Assembly (NCBI GenBank): GCA_010093815.1
Contig: ML996571.1
Reading direction: 5' to 3' (one strand)
From: Pseudovirgaria hyperparasitica
Lineage: Eukaryota
DNA length: 64,000 nt
Shown: positions 61,243 to 64,000 of the stretch, in pieces
Layout: every line of letters starts with the position of its first letter
Numbering within the stretch: the first letter of the stretch is position 1
Made by a program: the position numbers and the translations under genes
Notes under the pieces: generated by a model
The model's input: only the letters and a program-made list of their open reading frames with translations
The model's database searches: none
What the model was told of the DNA's origin: nothing

Positions 61243-64000
61243 TATTACGGGAATACAATGTATATATAGACGTAAGAGTATTTATAGAATATAGTAAGTT
61301 TAATAAGGGAGGAAGCCGGAGTCTACTTAGCTTCCTTAAGATAAGGGATAGAGTACGCTATTAAAAAGAGGCTTACTTAGCTTCGTTAAGCGAGGAGAGA
61401 GTAGTAGCGTAGATATAGTACGCTAGCGTTAAGTATACCTAGGGTCTACCCTTAATATTACCCCCTCCCTCTACTTATTTATTACTAGAGCCCGCCCTAG
61501 CCGTGGACCGCTTATAAGTAAGTATTATCTAGCTTATTTCTACTGGCTTTCTAGAAAACCCTTAATAAAGCTACTCTCCTATACCTAGTTATCGTAGTAG
61601 TAATTACTATTAGCTTATAGTAATACTTATTATCGTGTACGACGCCCCCTAATATAGGCCTTAGTAACTAGACTTAACGTCTACTATTAGACCGTAGCGC
61701 GTATACCTTCTATTAAAAGAATCTACCTATTAAATCTATTATAGATTATTTATAGAAGATGGTTTAATTCCTACGTTAGTAGCTCCTTTTATATCTATAT
61801 CCCCCTAGTACTAGGTAGATAGCTATCTATCTAAGAATAGCTTTCTAACGTGGTAGTATCTATTATTACTCTAGTAGTAATAATCATTATTATAGGACGG
61901 TAGTAGCCTCTATTACCGCCGTATATAGTACTCTCTATAAGCTAGGCTACTTAGACTTAATATATATATTCGCGTAGTAAGTCTAGCGAAATTCTACTAG
62001 ACTTACCGTCCGTGCGTCTACTTTAATTTAGCCCTATACCTCCTTAGGCCTTAGCCCTATATCTCCTTAGGTCTTAGACCTATTATTAAGTATATAGAAG
62101 AAAGGGTTTAGTTCTTCGATTAAGGACTATTTTTATATTAATCTATCTCTTACCGGGTACTTCTTAGTTAATAGGGTACCTATTATCGCGTACGCTAGGA
62201 CCATTTACTTATCTATTAAGAGTACGTGAATAAGAGTTATTTATATATTTTTAGAGTCGTACGTAAATAGATATTCGTATATTATAGATGTTCTATTTAC
62301 GATATCTTATTTACGAAGGTCTATTTATAATTTTAAGAGTCCCGAGTATAAAGGTATAGTTTTCCTTCTATTTTCCTAGACCTTAATAATCTCGTCCTTC
62401 TCTATTATAAGATTAGATTCTCTCTCTTTATCTAGTCGGAGTCTAGTTACTAACGCTTAGGTTCTATAGATAAATAATATTATCTACTACTAGGGCTACG
62501 CCCTAGCTAGTAAAGACTATACTAACTAAGCGGTAAGTATTAGACTCTATATTATTTATATCGGGCTCCGTGTTAGGGCTGACACTAGGATAGACTTAAG
62601 TAGACTACTATGGTCTAGTACGGTCCGTAACAGGTGGACCTAGGTTAAGCTAGCTAGAATAAGTAAGACTACTATATAAGTAGGCCGTATATACTTAATT
62701 TCTACTCTTTAGAAATTAACCTCGTTAGAAGAGTAGACTACCCTTTTAAATATATTCCCGAATCCTTCTATAACCTATTAGACTACTATTCTACGTCTAT
62801 AATCCTTATATTTTAATTCCTCTTTATATAGCACGATGGTAGTTTATAGAAATAGCTCTAACTACTCGTTATAATACTCGTGGCACCGCCTCTTATAGTA
62901 GATCTTCTTCTAACCTAAACGAGGAGAATAGTCTATCTATAACTACCCCTACTAATAACTATATCTTATAGGCTATTATACTGATAACTCGTATAATATT
63001 CTATATAACTATAGAAGATATTATAGAATACGAGGATAGAGTCTATTATACTCTATCTTGGTCTAGTTTAAACTATACTAGACCTAACCTTAATATAAGG
63101 CTAGACCTTATTAATATTAATAAGTTAATCTATTAGAATCGCCTAATATTAACTATATCTTATAACGACGTATATACTAGACTACACGAAGAGAGGTAAT
63201 AATAGATTTAACTCGAGTAATAACTACGCGAACTCGACGAAGCTTAAGGACGTACTATAAGACTTAAAGCTATATTATACGCTTTAGTTCTAGTAACGAC
63301 TAATCTATATTTATATAGACCTATACTAACTAAAACGATCTATTCTAGTCTACTACTATCCTAATTACCCCGACCTAAGAAACTACCTTACTTTAATAGT
63401 AAAAGTAGAAAGAGTTTCTATATATAGGCTTACTAATATAGCCGATTATTCTATCTATTTACGAACGATAGCGATAAAATTAGATTCGCCTAGAACTACC
63501 TTAACCCGACGCCTTTAGAACGTTAGATAGTATACTAAATCGAATATTCTAAGGATACCTATAACTAGGACACGTTCACTAAATTTCTTCTCTAATATTT
63601 TAGTAATAGAGCTAAATAACGCGACTAGACCTAGGGCTATATCTTCGAGACTCGATAACGAGATAATTAGTTACTATTATAACTTCTTAAATACCTTCGG
63701 CCCCTCTAGAGAGAAGCCGAAGAAGATTATATAATTTAATAGTATAATAACTTTAAACGGTCCCTTATTCTAAATATAAAGGACTATCTCGATCTTATAA
63801 TAATAATCCCTATAGATCTCTAAGCTCTTATAAACCTTACGGAGCGATACTAGTATATAATAAATAATTAACGCCGCGCTAGTATATAACTATCCCTTAT
63901 AATCTAATCTAATATAAAATTATCTAACTAAAACCGATTTAGTAATAGATCTCGCGGGATATTATAAGGCTACTACTATATCTTAAATTTAAAACCACGC
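61243..64000 (-). mobile_element. Probable LTR retrotransposon D (3' LTR ~61243-61457 plus 3' internal region), inserted in C; runs off the window
   Basis: The C reading frame breaks at 61242. A 215-bp segment with RIPed inverted termini is followed by a PPT (minus strand agagggagggggtaa). No pol motifs recognised within the window. Confidence 0.55.

Larger units (their letters stand above)
30450..64000. other. AT-rich RIP-mutated repeat compartment
   Basis: Abrupt compositional switch at ~30,450, strong TpA excess and CpA/TpG depletion, no intact long ORFs. TE motifs show C>T/G>A changes (YLDD>YLDN, W/Q>stop). Confidence 0.95.

Noticed and set aside
63740..63770. GPFKVI on the minus strand as an integrase GPY/F motif of element D
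   Set aside because: Lacks the flanking residues (no Y.L.LP downstream); likely coincidental.

Overview
Filamentous-ascomycete (fungal) genomic DNA in two sharply separated compartments. 1-~30,400 is gene-rich, with intron-containing genes: GH1 beta-glucosidase (partial), DUF1479 oxidoreductase, RMD8-like, DUF2237, a 2OG-Fe(II) oxygenase, RAX1-like RGS protein, an F-box protein and a nitrate-reductase-like molybdo-flavo-haem enzyme. It also holds an accessory-looking, partly decayed island (~12.6-22.4 kb): a frameshifted SRPK-like kinase, a stand-alone adenylate-forming enzyme, a PAL pseudogene and a SAM methyltransferase. A HET-domain pseudogene sits at the compartment border. ~30,450-64,000 is an AT-rich block mutated by RIP (repeat-induced point mutation) that resolves into a transposon nest. 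A hAT relic is interrupted by Gypsy copy A1 (30947-58372, TSD ATCTA). A1 contains an inverted copy A2 of the same family (34249-54487, TSD GTAAA), and A2 contains a 12.85-kb Gypsy element B (39123-51973, TSD AACTA). Further LTR elements C and D follow. The most unusual item is a ~1,400-codon extra reading frame, broken only by RIP-type stops, between pol and the 3' LTR of element B. All coordinates and translations were read by eye; no database searches were run.
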